Source of the DNA: Microcystis aeruginosa NIES-2549
Lineage (GTDB): Bacteria > Cyanobacteriota > Cyanobacteriia > Cyanobacteriales > Microcystaceae
Direction of reading: 5' to 3'
Length of the DNA stretch: 32,000 bases
Assembly (NCBI RefSeq): GCF_000981785.2
Contig: NZ_CP011304.1
Span: 330,001-362,000, forward strand
This document shows, in pieces, positions 1-7,941 of the stretch (position 1 is the first letter of the stretch; the number at the start of each line of letters is the position of its first letter). Below the pieces are notes generated by a model. It searched no databases. It saw nothing but the letters and a program-made list of their open reading frames with translations, and was not told where the DNA came from. The translations under genes and the position numbers were made by a program.

Positions 1-352
1 CAACATGAGCGCGGCCGATAATTGGTAAAATATGGTGTTCACAGGAGCTAAAAATATCGATGTCTCGGATTAAAACCATCTCGTTAGCCTCCTCATGAAA
101 AACTGCCCCATTCAGCAATTCATCGAGGGATTGCTGATAACCAGAAGTGAGAAATTTTAGGGCTTTTACTACTCGTTTAGGAGTGTCTCGTAAACCTTCG
201 CGATCGGGATCTTCTCCTAATCCTAACAGCAGTGTTCGTACCGCTTGCATCATCTCGGCTTCCGATACCGGCGATTTAGGTTCGGTAATCACTTCGGGAA
301 AGTGATTGTAGTCATCATTGTCGAAAATTGCTTTGGACTTAGCTAAGGTCAT
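1..352 (-). CDS. folE: GTP cyclohydrolase I (FolE type IA), N-terminal ~117 codons; the 3' end runs off the window start
   Basis: Hand translation of the minus strand from ATG at 352: [117 protein letters not shown]. The GLxDTPxR and SSCEHHxLP motifs are FolE hallmarks. It is absent from the ORF track because it is truncated by the window edge. Confidence 0.85.
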   Translation of the reverse strand, partial: MTLAKSKAIFDNDDYNHFPEVITEPKSPVSEAEMMQAVRTLLLGLGEDPDREGLRDTPKRVVKALKFLTSGYQQSLDELLNGAVFHEEANEMVLIRDIDIFSSCEHHILPIIGRAHV

Positions 353-650
353 AGATATTTTTACGGACTCCAATAGTTAATTAATCGGCCAAGTTTTCTG
401 ATTTTACCAATGTCAATAAATACCCCTTGCTAGAGTATTTATTTTTCTGGGCATCTAGACGATAACTAATGAAAGCTATCGGGTTATTACCTCGTCTTTG
501 GGGTTATCTCCGGTGCGGAAATCTGGAAAAATTGATTTTCCTAGTCACCGAAAAAGTCTTGAGTATCTCCCTAGTTAATTGAGGGCAGAGTTCCAGCACA
601 CAATTAATTTATTTTGTCAAGTAGTTCATTTGTTTGCTAAAATAGCCTAC

Positions 651-677
651 CTAGAATGATAATCGTTATCATTCTAG
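651..677. promoter_or_regulatory. Fur-family (Zur-like) operator: perfect 12-3-12 palindrome CTAGAATGATAA-TCG-TTATCATTCTAG
   Basis: The core TGATAATCGTTATCA resembles the AT-rich GATAAT/ATTATC inverted-repeat logic of Fur/Zur boxes. It overlaps TAGAAT -10-like hexamers on both strands. It lies between the stop of a Zn/Mn-type ABC permease and the start of folE, both on the minus strand. Confidence 0.5.
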
Positions 678-761
678 CAAAAAATCTAGCAAAATATACC
701 AGTTATCCTGGCCGTCGGCTTTTTTTGATCACTTGCCAAAAACCCCACCTTCTCCTGCAAA

Positions 762-1667
762 CTAACGCCGTCTCAACAAATTTTTCATCTCTACCCAGAT
801 AGAAAGTTGACCACCTAGACTAGAGGGATGAGTGAAAATTCCTTGACGGGGACTGAATAAAAAGGCCAACATAAATAGGGTAAAAGCGACAAGCACGATC
901 GCCGGTCCAGAGGGTAAATTCCAGTAATAACTTAAATACATCCCACTGATACTAGAAATAATACCCACACCCACACCTAAACCCATGACTTGATGAAGAC
1001 GGGTAACTAAAAGATAGGCAGTGGCTGCGGGGGTAATCAAAAGGGACAAAACGAGGATTACTCCCACCGCTTGGAGACTAGCAACGATTGTCAGACCAAT
1101 CAGGAGCATTAAGCCTAAATCTAATAAATTTACTGGTAAACCCGCCGCTTGCGCCCCGATTTTGTCGAAAGTGTAGAATAATAGTTCTTTATACAGGAGC
1201 AAAACGGTTAATAAAACGATAATGGCAATAATTAGGGTATCGCGAATGTCGGCAGCAGTAACACCGAGAATATTGCCGAAGAGAAAGTGATTAAGGTCAA
1301 TTTTGTTGTTTTTTTGGATGAGAGTGATCAGGGTGATGCCAAGGGCAAAAAAAGCCGAGAAAACAATACCCATGGCCGCATCTTCTTTGATTGGGGAACG
1401 ATTACGGATCAAGTTAATCAGTAGGGTACTGACCATTGAGGCTAGTAAAGCACCCAGGAGAAGATTAAAATTACCAATAAAAGCGATCGCTAGTCCGGGT
1501 AGGACCGAGTGACTGATGGCATCGCCCAAGAGGGCCAAACGTTGTACCATCAGGTAGGTTCCCACCACCGCACAGATGATCCCGACGATGATAGCTTCAA
1601 TTAGGGATCTCTGCATGAAACTATACTGCAAGGGTTCGATTAATCCTGTTAATAGATTGTTGCCCAT
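762..1667 (-). CDS. Metal (Zn/Mn) ABC transporter permease, ABC-3 family (ZnuB/MntB-like)
   Basis: 301-aa polytopic ORF. The N-terminal region EPLQYSFMQRSLIEAIIVGIICAVVGTYLMVQRLALLGDAISHSVLPGLAIAF is typical of ABC-3 permeases. Confidence 0.85.
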   Translation of the reverse strand: MGNNLLTGLIEPLQYSFMQRSLIEAIIVGIICAVVGTYLMVQRLALLGDAISHSVLPGLAIAFIGNFNLLLGALLASMVSTLLINLIRNRSPIKEDAAMGIVFSAFFALGITLITLIQKNNKIDLNHFLFGNILGVTAADIRDTLIIAIIVLLTVLLLYKELLFYTFDKIGAQAAGLPVNLLDLGLMLLIGLTIVASLQAVGVILVLSLLITPAATAYLLVTRLHQVMGLGVGVGIISSISGMYLSYYWNLPSGPAIVLVAFTLFMLAFLFSPRQGIFTHPSSLGGQLSIWVEMKNLLRRR

Positions 1668-1802
1668 GAATCTGCCTTGGGGTTAAATTTTTCTGATTCT
1701 CGATCGAGGTTTTGCTCCTAGGGTCTATCTTCTAAATCGGGGGAGAAGATAGGTTAGGATAATTAGGATTAATTGTAAGTTTTTTCGCTCCTAACCGCCG
1801 CC

Positions 1803-2321
1803 ATGGATACCCCCGTTCTTTCCTCAACTTTTTTTCTGACTCTCCTGCTCATGGTGGGATTATTCTTTTTTATTCGCGGTTCCGTCAAAGAGCGTATCGA
1901 ACAGCGTGTCTATCTTACCAGTACCAGTGACGACCAACTATTAGAACAACTGCGAAATTATTTTGACCGACGTTCCTATCAAGTCAAGGCGATCGAACCC
2001 GAACAAAATATTGTCAGATTACAGGGTTTTGTGCCGCCTAGCCCCTTTCTAGCGATATTTTTGACAATTTTGGCGGCCTTGGGTTTATTTTGCTTCTCAC
2101 TGGTGTTATCGGTGTTATTTCCCGATACTAATCCCTATATTTTTGCTCTTGTGGCTTTATCTCCCCTCGCCGGTGTTTTCTATTGGCAAAAAGTCGGCCG
2201 TTTAGAAGAAGTGGCTTTTAAAGTAGAAAGCAAATCTCAGCAAACGGAATTAACTGTCAAAGCCCATCGGGACGAGTTAAGACAACTACAAGATAGTTTA
2301 ACCTTTCTGGAAAGACAATAA
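1803..2321 (+). CDS. Conserved cyanobacterial membrane protein, probably CCB1-like (cofactor assembly of complex C subunit B, DUF3529)
   Basis: 172 aa with an N-terminal TM segment and a GLFFFIRGSVKER motif, then further central TM segments. The family assignment comes from remembered motif resemblance only. Confidence 0.55.
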   Translation: MDTPVLSSTFFLTLLLMVGLFFFIRGSVKERIEQRVYLTSTSDDQLLEQLRNYFDRRSYQVKAIEPEQNIVRLQGFVPPSPFLAIFLTILAALGLFCFSLVLSVLFPDTNPYIFALVALSPLAGVFYWQKVGRLEEVAFKVESKSQQTELTVKAHRDELRQLQDSLTFLERQ

Positions 2322-2328
2322 GCTTTTT

Positions 2329-2745
2329 ATGCCCTATGAACGCCTAATTTATCTGGCCGATACCGATGCAGCTGGTGTGGTTTACTTTGCCCATCTTCTC
2401 TCGATCTGTCATGAAGCCTACGAGTTTTCTTTAGCACAATTTGGCATCAATATCAAGGATTTTTTTAAAGATTCTCCAGTTGCCCTACCGATTACTCAAG
2501 CGGAAATCCAGTTTTTTCGGCCTCTTTTTTGTGGTGATCGCATAGAGATTGATTTCACTGCCCGATCCCTGAGCGAAAACGAGTTTGAATTGCAGTATAA
2601 AATTTATTTGGCTGAAATCATGGTGGGAAAAGCGAAAACTCGCCATGTCTGCATCGCTCCCACCGCTAGACAAAGAATCCCTTTCCCGGAATCTTTAAAA
2701 AATTGGTTAGGATATTTATCAACCCTAGAGGAGACTGGTATTTAA
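2329..2745 (+). CDS. Hotdog-fold acyl-CoA thioesterase, 4HBT family; likely 1,4-dihydroxy-2-naphthoyl-CoA thioesterase (phylloquinone pathway)
   Basis: 138 aa. The N-terminus YLADTDAAGVVYFAHLLSICHEAYEFSL matches the cyanobacterial DHNA-CoA thioesterase type (Slr0204-like). Confidence 0.7.
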   Translation: MPYERLIYLADTDAAGVVYFAHLLSICHEAYEFSLAQFGINIKDFFKDSPVALPITQAEIQFFRPLFCGDRIEIDFTARSLSENEFELQYKIYLAEIMVGKAKTRHVCIAPTARQRIPFPESLKNWLGYLSTLEETGI

Positions 2746-2748
2746 GGA

Positions 2749-3387
2749 ATGATTTTGGCAGATTTAACCATGATTTTAACTAGGGATTGGTGGCACAGTG
2801 CTTGGCAATTATTTAACCTTAGTACCGGGAGGATTGTCTGGAATTCTTTTCTGGCGTTTATCCCCTTTATCCTCAGCTTTTGGCTATTTCGGACCACCCT
2901 CGATCGTTCCCTAATCTGGTGGTTAATTCTCTTAGTTTTCCTGCTTTTTTTACCCAATGCTCCCTATATTCTCACCGATAGCATTCATTTAATCTCTTAT
3001 ATTCAGCAGGATTACGCCAAAAGTTTAATTTTTTTAGTTTTAATTCCCCAGTATAGTATCTTTATTTTTATTGGCTTTCAGCTATACGTTCTCTCCTTAC
3101 TTAATTTAAAAAGTTATTGTCAGCAAAGTCAGCTAAATTCAGCAGTTTTACCCCTAGAAATAACTCTCCATTTTTTAAGTGCGATCGGTATCTATCTAGG
3201 GCGTTTTCTTCGACTGAATAGTTGGTATCTAGTCACTCAACCGCAGCAACTATTCTGGAGTTTGCAGAATTTACTGACTAAAAAACCTTTGATATTTATC
3301 TCTGTCTGTTTTTTAATTATTTGGCTACTATACGAGATCAATAAAAGGCTTTACAATCGATTTTTTGCTTCCTACGAGAATAACTAG
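2749..3387 (+). CDS. DUF1361-like integral membrane protein
   Basis: 212 aa, polytopic. It carries WNSFLAFIPF and LPNAPYILTDSIHL motifs and sits tightly behind the preceding gene (3-nt gap). Confidence 0.55.
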   Translation: MILADLTMILTRDWWHSAWQLFNLSTGRIVWNSFLAFIPFILSFWLFRTTLDRSLIWWLILLVFLLFLPNAPYILTDSIHLISYIQQDYAKSLIFLVLIPQYSIFIFIGFQLYVLSLLNLKSYCQQSQLNSAVLPLEITLHFLSAIGIYLGRFLRLNSWYLVTQPQQLFWSLQNLLTKKPLIFISVCFLIIWLLYEINKRLYNRFFASYENN

Positions 3388-3395
3388 AATTTATA

Positions 3396-3881
3396 CTACA
3401 AAAATCTCCCTAAATCGAATTCGGTTGTGGCAGTAATTTCTCGAAAACGTTCTTGACTGATAATTAACAATAATCTTTCAGTATAATCCACCGCACCGCG
3501 CAATTCTCGTTCTAATCTTGCTAAACCGGCGTTGGCATATTCCTCGAAAATTGTCACTCGCAAAGCTTCCGAATCTACCCCGTGGGGAGAAAGAATTTTC
3601 GTGTCTTGGAATTCATTGACTGCCAATAATTTGATTAGGGTATCGTAGCCACGAGAAATAAAAATTTCCAGGTTAATAGGTGAGGGTTCCTTCGCTACAT
3701 TTTCTATCGTCACCCTCTCTTGATATCTTACCCCTAAAGCCGCCGCAAAAGCGATGACATCAGCATAGGTTTGAAAGGGTCCAATTCCCTGATTAAAATT
3801 AACTAAGGACTGGACAAATTCCCCTTTATCTCTAGCAATACGCACTCGATGAATGGACATATTTATCAAGTAAAAAGTCAA
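3396..3881 (-). CDS. Small soluble protein resembling DNA phosphorothioation (dnd)-associated protein 4 family
   Basis: 161 aa. The pattern RVRIxxxK...GPFQTYADVIAFAAALG...IFEEYANAGL matches my recollection of that family. The true start may be the internal MSIHRV. No dndA-E genes are in the window. Confidence 0.45.
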   Translation of the reverse strand: MTFYLINMSIHRVRIARDKGEFVQSLVNFNQGIGPFQTYADVIAFAAALGVRYQERVTIENVAKEPSPINLEIFISRGYDTLIKLLAVNEFQDTKILSPHGVDSEALRVTIFEEYANAGLARLERELRGAVDYTERLLLIISQERFREITATTEFDLGRFL

Positions 3882-3960
3882 AAAGGTTACAAAATTCGGG
3901 AGATAGGAATCAGGAGTATTTATGAACTAATTTTTCTATCCCCTACCCGCTATAACTGCT

Positions 3961-5553
3961 TTAAGGATAAGTTTTAATTAGTCCTTGAGCTTGGTAAACA
4001 TGAAATTGTTCAATGGCGACACCACCGCGCTTGATGGGAATGACAGCTACTTTAGTTATATCTTGGAAATAGGGACGGTAGCGATCGATTATTTCTGGTC
4101 TTTCTAGGGAACTATTTGTAGTAATTAATAAACCATTTTTACCGATCCATTCTTGAGGATTAAACCAAATTTGATAACCCCTTTGATCGTTGTTAAAACA
4201 GGTGACGGGAATAGGAACTAGGGGATAAAGGGCCATATCTAGCCATGCTGTCACATAAAAACTATGGGTAAAAACGAAGCTAGAATCTTTTAATAGTGCT
4301 AATAATTCGGGCGAATTAGCAAAGCCTTGGCGCAGTTGATCGATATCGACAATTTCCCGAGAAGGGTCTTGTTCTGGGGCAATAATTCCCCCAAAGATTG
4401 CGTATTGACTAGGTTTTTGGAAAGTACCAAAAGTAACGTGAAGCATTGCTATAGATAAAACAGTAACGATAAAAATTCCCGATCCCCATAACCATCTTTT
4501 TACCCAGATTCGAGAAGATTGCTGCCAAGTAGCGGCCTTTTCTCCTAATAAAATCGTGCAGGACCAAAACCCGGGTAAAATCCAACTAGGGGCGAGATAA
4601 TGGGAAGCACCCACATAAAGCATTCCCAGGATTAAAGGCAGAGAAACCGAGAGAATCAACCATTTTTTTAGGGATTCTTCTTCTCGATGAAAAAATCTTT
4701 TTTTCGAGAGAAAGCTAGGAATTTGTTCGCCAAAGCTTTTAAATGTCACCCACCACATCGGCAAACCAAAAGGAGGAAACATCGTGGCGATACTAATGCC
4801 AATAACCGAGAGAATACCGAGAATATTAAAGGTTTTGGGTTCTCCAGAAAAACGGTCTTCTAAATGAAAGCGGAAGGAAATCCAATCATGGTTAATATTC
4901 CAGTAGATAATCGGCAATAAAGTTATCAAAAAAAGAATAAATCCTAATCCCAACCAAGGGGATCTAAATACAGGCCAATAGCGGGGAGTAGTCAGACAAA
5001 ATAAAACTAAACCAAAACCCAAAATAAAGCCGTGATATTTACTTAAAACCGCCAATCCTACGGCAAGTCCAATATAAGCGAGACGATAGCTAGGATGATA
5101 GTTTTTTTCCCGAATTGGCCAGAATTCTTGGGCAGCTAAATAGACTGTTAATGACCAAAAAAAGATTAAAGGACTATCTGGCTGCGAGAGAATCCCGAAG
5201 ACAATCCCATAGATGGGGATGAGAGTTGCGATCGCTAAAGTCATTCTGGCGACCGGCAGACTGAACAATTTTAAAGCCGTCAGATATAGCAAGCAGAGGC
5301 TGCCAGTATAGAGAAGGAGAGTACCGAAGCGAATAGTAAATTGATTGACTAATCCCGTGATCCAAGTCCCAAAACCCGTGGAAATCGCTACTATTGGCGG
5401 ATGATCGAAATAACTCCAATCCAGATTATGGCTGTAAACGTAATAATATGCCTCATCGTACCCCGGATAAAGCCCCAGGGCGATGATGATTCTAAACAGG
5501 AGTCCACCGATGAGCAGATAAACGGCAATGCGATCGCTAAGTATTTTCGTCAA
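3961..5553 (-). CDS. GT-C fold glycosyltransferase, family 39/83 (ArnT/PMT_2-like)
   Basis: 530 aa with more than 10 TM segments, an acidic YDEAYYY motif in the first loop after TM1, and a C-terminal soluble domain. Confidence 0.8.
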   Translation of the reverse strand: MTKILSDRIAVYLLIGGLLFRIIIALGLYPGYDEAYYYVYSHNLDWSYFDHPPIVAISTGFGTWITGLVNQFTIRFGTLLLYTGSLCLLYLTALKLFSLPVARMTLAIATLIPIYGIVFGILSQPDSPLIFFWSLTVYLAAQEFWPIREKNYHPSYRLAYIGLAVGLAVLSKYHGFILGFGLVLFCLTTPRYWPVFRSPWLGLGFILFLITLLPIIYWNINHDWISFRFHLEDRFSGEPKTFNILGILSVIGISIATMFPPFGLPMWWVTFKSFGEQIPSFLSKKRFFHREEESLKKWLILSVSLPLILGMLYVGASHYLAPSWILPGFWSCTILLGEKAATWQQSSRIWVKRWLWGSGIFIVTVLSIAMLHVTFGTFQKPSQYAIFGGIIAPEQDPSREIVDIDQLRQGFANSPELLALLKDSSFVFTHSFYVTAWLDMALYPLVPIPVTCFNNDQRGYQIWFNPQEWIGKNGLLITTNSSLERPEIIDRYRPYFQDITKVAVIPIKRGGVAIEQFHVYQAQGLIKTYP

Positions 5554-5886
5554 AATTCTTACCTCATTTCATCGCTAAAACTGATGTTAGAGACGGGAGA
5601 TTTTTGGGGTTGCCAGATTCGAGATTTGTGCATCTATGGCAAGGTTAGATTTAAATGTGATCTTTAGTTACTATATCACCAACTCTGTCATCTCTTAGAC
5701 CTTGGCTATCAACCAATTCTCCCTAGGCGTTGCTGATTGGGGATATGAACGAGGATTAAGGGAAAGGGTAACTTAGATAAAAGTGATGTTAATTAAATAA
5801 CTTTTGCCACCATCAAATCAATAATAATCAGGGCGATAAATTGCGGAATTAATAATCTTAAGTGGGTAGGTGTTAAAAGTTGTCAG

Positions 5887-5976
5887 GCACCCCCCTTATC
5901 AAGGGGGGATTAAGGGGGGATCAAGGGGGGATCAAGGGGGGATTAAGGGTAGGGTTGATTCATGAATCAACCCTAC
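5887..5976 (+). repeat. Palindromic element family member: CCCCCCTTATCAAGGGGGG hairpin, 4 x 11-bp GGGGGGATYAA tandem units, and the perfect 28-nt palindrome GTAGGGTTGATTCATGAATCAACCCTAC (5949-5976)
   Basis: Read directly from the sequence. The same element (TTAATT variant, opposite orientation, without the G6 expansion) recurs at 17851-17897, 18202-18248 and 18589-18616. Confidence 0.85.
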
Positions 5977-6041
5977 AAAGCACGACGTTTTGACAAATTT
6001 TCAGATATTTATTCCGATGAGAGAATGAAACGACCCTAGGA

Positions 6042-7335
6042 GTATCGGGGGAAGTACCCAGAATCCGAGCTGCTTCCCCTATCTCGACTAATCTCTGTGC
6101 CTTAACAAAACCCAGTTAAAAACCCCCAACCTAGCTAGGTTGGACGAGATTATTTAAGCCATAAACTACTTTAGCGGTGATAATCTTATCCTGATCGGTA
6201 AGTTCTTCTAACACCTCTTTTCCCTGGACTAAATAGCCAAAAACCGAATAACGACCATCCATGAGATTAAACCCCGGAGGAGTTAATTCATTATCGAATT
6301 TAAAGAAAAAGAATTGCGAGGAACCTCCGTTAGGATTAGTATCCGGACGCGCCAAGGCCAATGCACCAAAAGCGTTAAAAGGCAAGGCGAGACTGGGTAA
6401 GTAAATCCCTAATTCTTCGAGAGTGTTGCCATAAACTGGTTCTTCTTCCCCTTTAATCAAAATTTCTAAGGGAATAGAGCGATATTGTTTAGTTTTCGGG
6501 TCAATAAACCCCTCTTCTGCACCGACGGGATCCCCAGTTTGCACAACGAAATTATCTTCGCTGCGAATAAAGGGTAAACCGTCATAAAAACCCCGTTGGA
6601 CTAAATCCACAAAGTTACCCCCATTAATCGGAGCGCTGTAACCATCCACAACGATGGTTAAATCTCCTTTGGTGGTCTGCATCTCTATGGTGGCACGTCC
6701 TCGCAATTGCGGCAAGTTAGCGTATTCCGGGGGAACGTTAAAGGGAAAACCCACCACCATTAATTCTTCTAAAGCGGTGATATTATTGAGCAATTCTCGT
6801 CTGGTTGACCAAACTGCCTCTTTATCCTTCGCTTCTACGGCCGTATCGAGGGCTGCCACTCCCGTTTTGAGTTTTTCGATTAATTCCTCTCCTTGGCTTT
6901 TACTTGCTTCGGGAACACTATCTAAGATAGCCTTGCTTTTGGTAGAAAGGGCATAATTGGCATCCTTGACATCTTTTTTAATCGGACTCCAACGCTTGGC
7001 CCGCAGATGTTTGGCAATATCTTCGATCGATTGTTGCACTTGACGAATTGGTTTATTATCTATGGGTAAGGCATTGCGTAAAATAGCGGTGGGATCCGTT
7101 ACCGCATCACCCTGAGCAAGCACAGCTAAAGCAGGGGCAGTCCCCTTAACCGTGAACAGACTTAAGATTAAAAATAGTGCTAGGGCGATACTAGCACCGC
7201 TTTTTAAGAAAAATTTGCCCCATTCCCATAATCTTGTCTTTATTTTCATATTTTGGTCGGTTCCTCAATGGCCATACCTATCCAAAATACTTGTAGGCTT
7301 TTAGGGGAACCCTTGTCAATAGCTGAGAAAACCGA
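6042..7335. repeat. Left (intact) copy of a long direct repeat: cyclophilin gene plus 3' flank and promoter region
   Basis: Segments 6042-6292, 6470-6655 and 7275-7335 reappear collinearly at 21251-21746. I counted about 13 mismatches over about 500 aligned bp by eye. Confidence 0.9.
6131..7249 (-). CDS. Cyclophilin-type peptidyl-prolyl cis-trans isomerase with N-terminal TM/signal and helical domain (thylakoid-lumen TLP40/CYP38-like)
   Basis: 372 aa. The C-terminal cyclophilin core includes GGNFVDLVQRGFYDGLPFIRSEDNFVVQTGDP, GGSSQFFF and GRYSVFGYLVQG. Confidence 0.85.
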   Translation of the reverse strand: MKIKTRLWEWGKFFLKSGASIALALFLILSLFTVKGTAPALAVLAQGDAVTDPTAILRNALPIDNKPIRQVQQSIEDIAKHLRAKRWSPIKKDVKDANYALSTKSKAILDSVPEASKSQGEELIEKLKTGVAALDTAVEAKDKEAVWSTRRELLNNITALEELMVVGFPFNVPPEYANLPQLRGRATIEMQTTKGDLTIVVDGYSAPINGGNFVDLVQRGFYDGLPFIRSEDNFVVQTGDPVGAEEGFIDPKTKQYRSIPLEILIKGEEEPVYGNTLEELGIYLPSLALPFNAFGALALARPDTNPNGGSSQFFFFKFDNELTPPGFNLMDGRYSVFGYLVQGKEVLEELTDQDKIITAKVVYGLNNLVQPS

Positions 7336-7941
7336 GTCAGGGATCGACAAGGATTATCTATCCCTAGACAGACCACCGGAGCGGTCAGAGGTGAAAATAG
7401 GTGTAAGATCAAAAAATTCTCCGATAACTGTTGCCCTATCCCCCGCGTGCCTACCTAGGGGCCTTAGAATCTTCTAGGGAAGGGATGAATCAATGGACGA
7501 TAATCCAAGGGGTAGAAATGGGCAGACCCAGCACTATACAATTAAAGTTTCAGAAAAACAACCGGGCAATTACGGAAGTTTCTGTGGGTGGTGCATCAGT
7601 TCTAGTCTGCCAAGGCAAGATGATAATTGCCGATGGGGAAACAAAAAGCGATATAAAAAGGTCATTGTGAGAGTGGTGGCCGAAGTTGGTAAAAAGGAGA
7701 TGAACAATGTTAAAACATTAAGACCTGCAAGGATCAATCTCGGTTTTGTGGGATGGATGACAATAAATTTGACAGGGTATATCGAAAAATATAAAATTTC
7801 TAGAGGGATAACCAAGAAAAAATACGGCAGTTATCTTAATGGCGAGGCAGTAAGCAAAACGAGGTTATGCTTGGTTTTTCTGAGAAAATCTGTCAGAGTC
7901 AATAGAATATCTATAGTTAGAGCCTATTAAAATTAATCATT

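Noticed and set aside
5700-5880. A possible small hydrophobic peptide on the minus strand (…LRLLIPQFIALIIIDLMVAKVI-stop), considered as a type I toxin or small membrane protein.
   Set aside because: The frame is closed by TGA upstream and has no ATG, GTG or TTG start before the hydrophobic stretch.
1303-6956. Short ORFs nested in or antisense to larger genes (1303-1512, 2485-2673, 2742-2957, 5174-5419, 5401-5667, 6654-6956). Similar ones occur further along (9082-9273, 9230-9412, 12429-12614, 12894-13079, 12981-13181, 14210-14425, 22810-23031, 26187-26552, 26356-26577, 26730-26972, 27415-27603, 28194-28418, 28317-28529, 28912-29094, 29573-29830, 30963-31193).
   Set aside because: Each overlaps a longer ORF that has clear family motifs. 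I recognised no motifs in any of them, and their composition is biased as expected for off-frame translation.
7253-7930. Three mutually overlapping ORFs (74, 79 and 145 aa) in the gap between the cyclophilin gene and the 1020-aa gene. One includes a segment MNQWTIIQGVEMGRPSTIQLKF...EVSVGGASVLVCQGKMII that looks faintly protein-like.
   Set aside because: I recognised no family and saw no convincing Shine-Dalgarno. The 145-aa product is K/R-rich and atypical. The region is more simply the divergent promoter/leader region at the island's left edge. The 79-aa ORF would merit a database search before it is fully dismissed.
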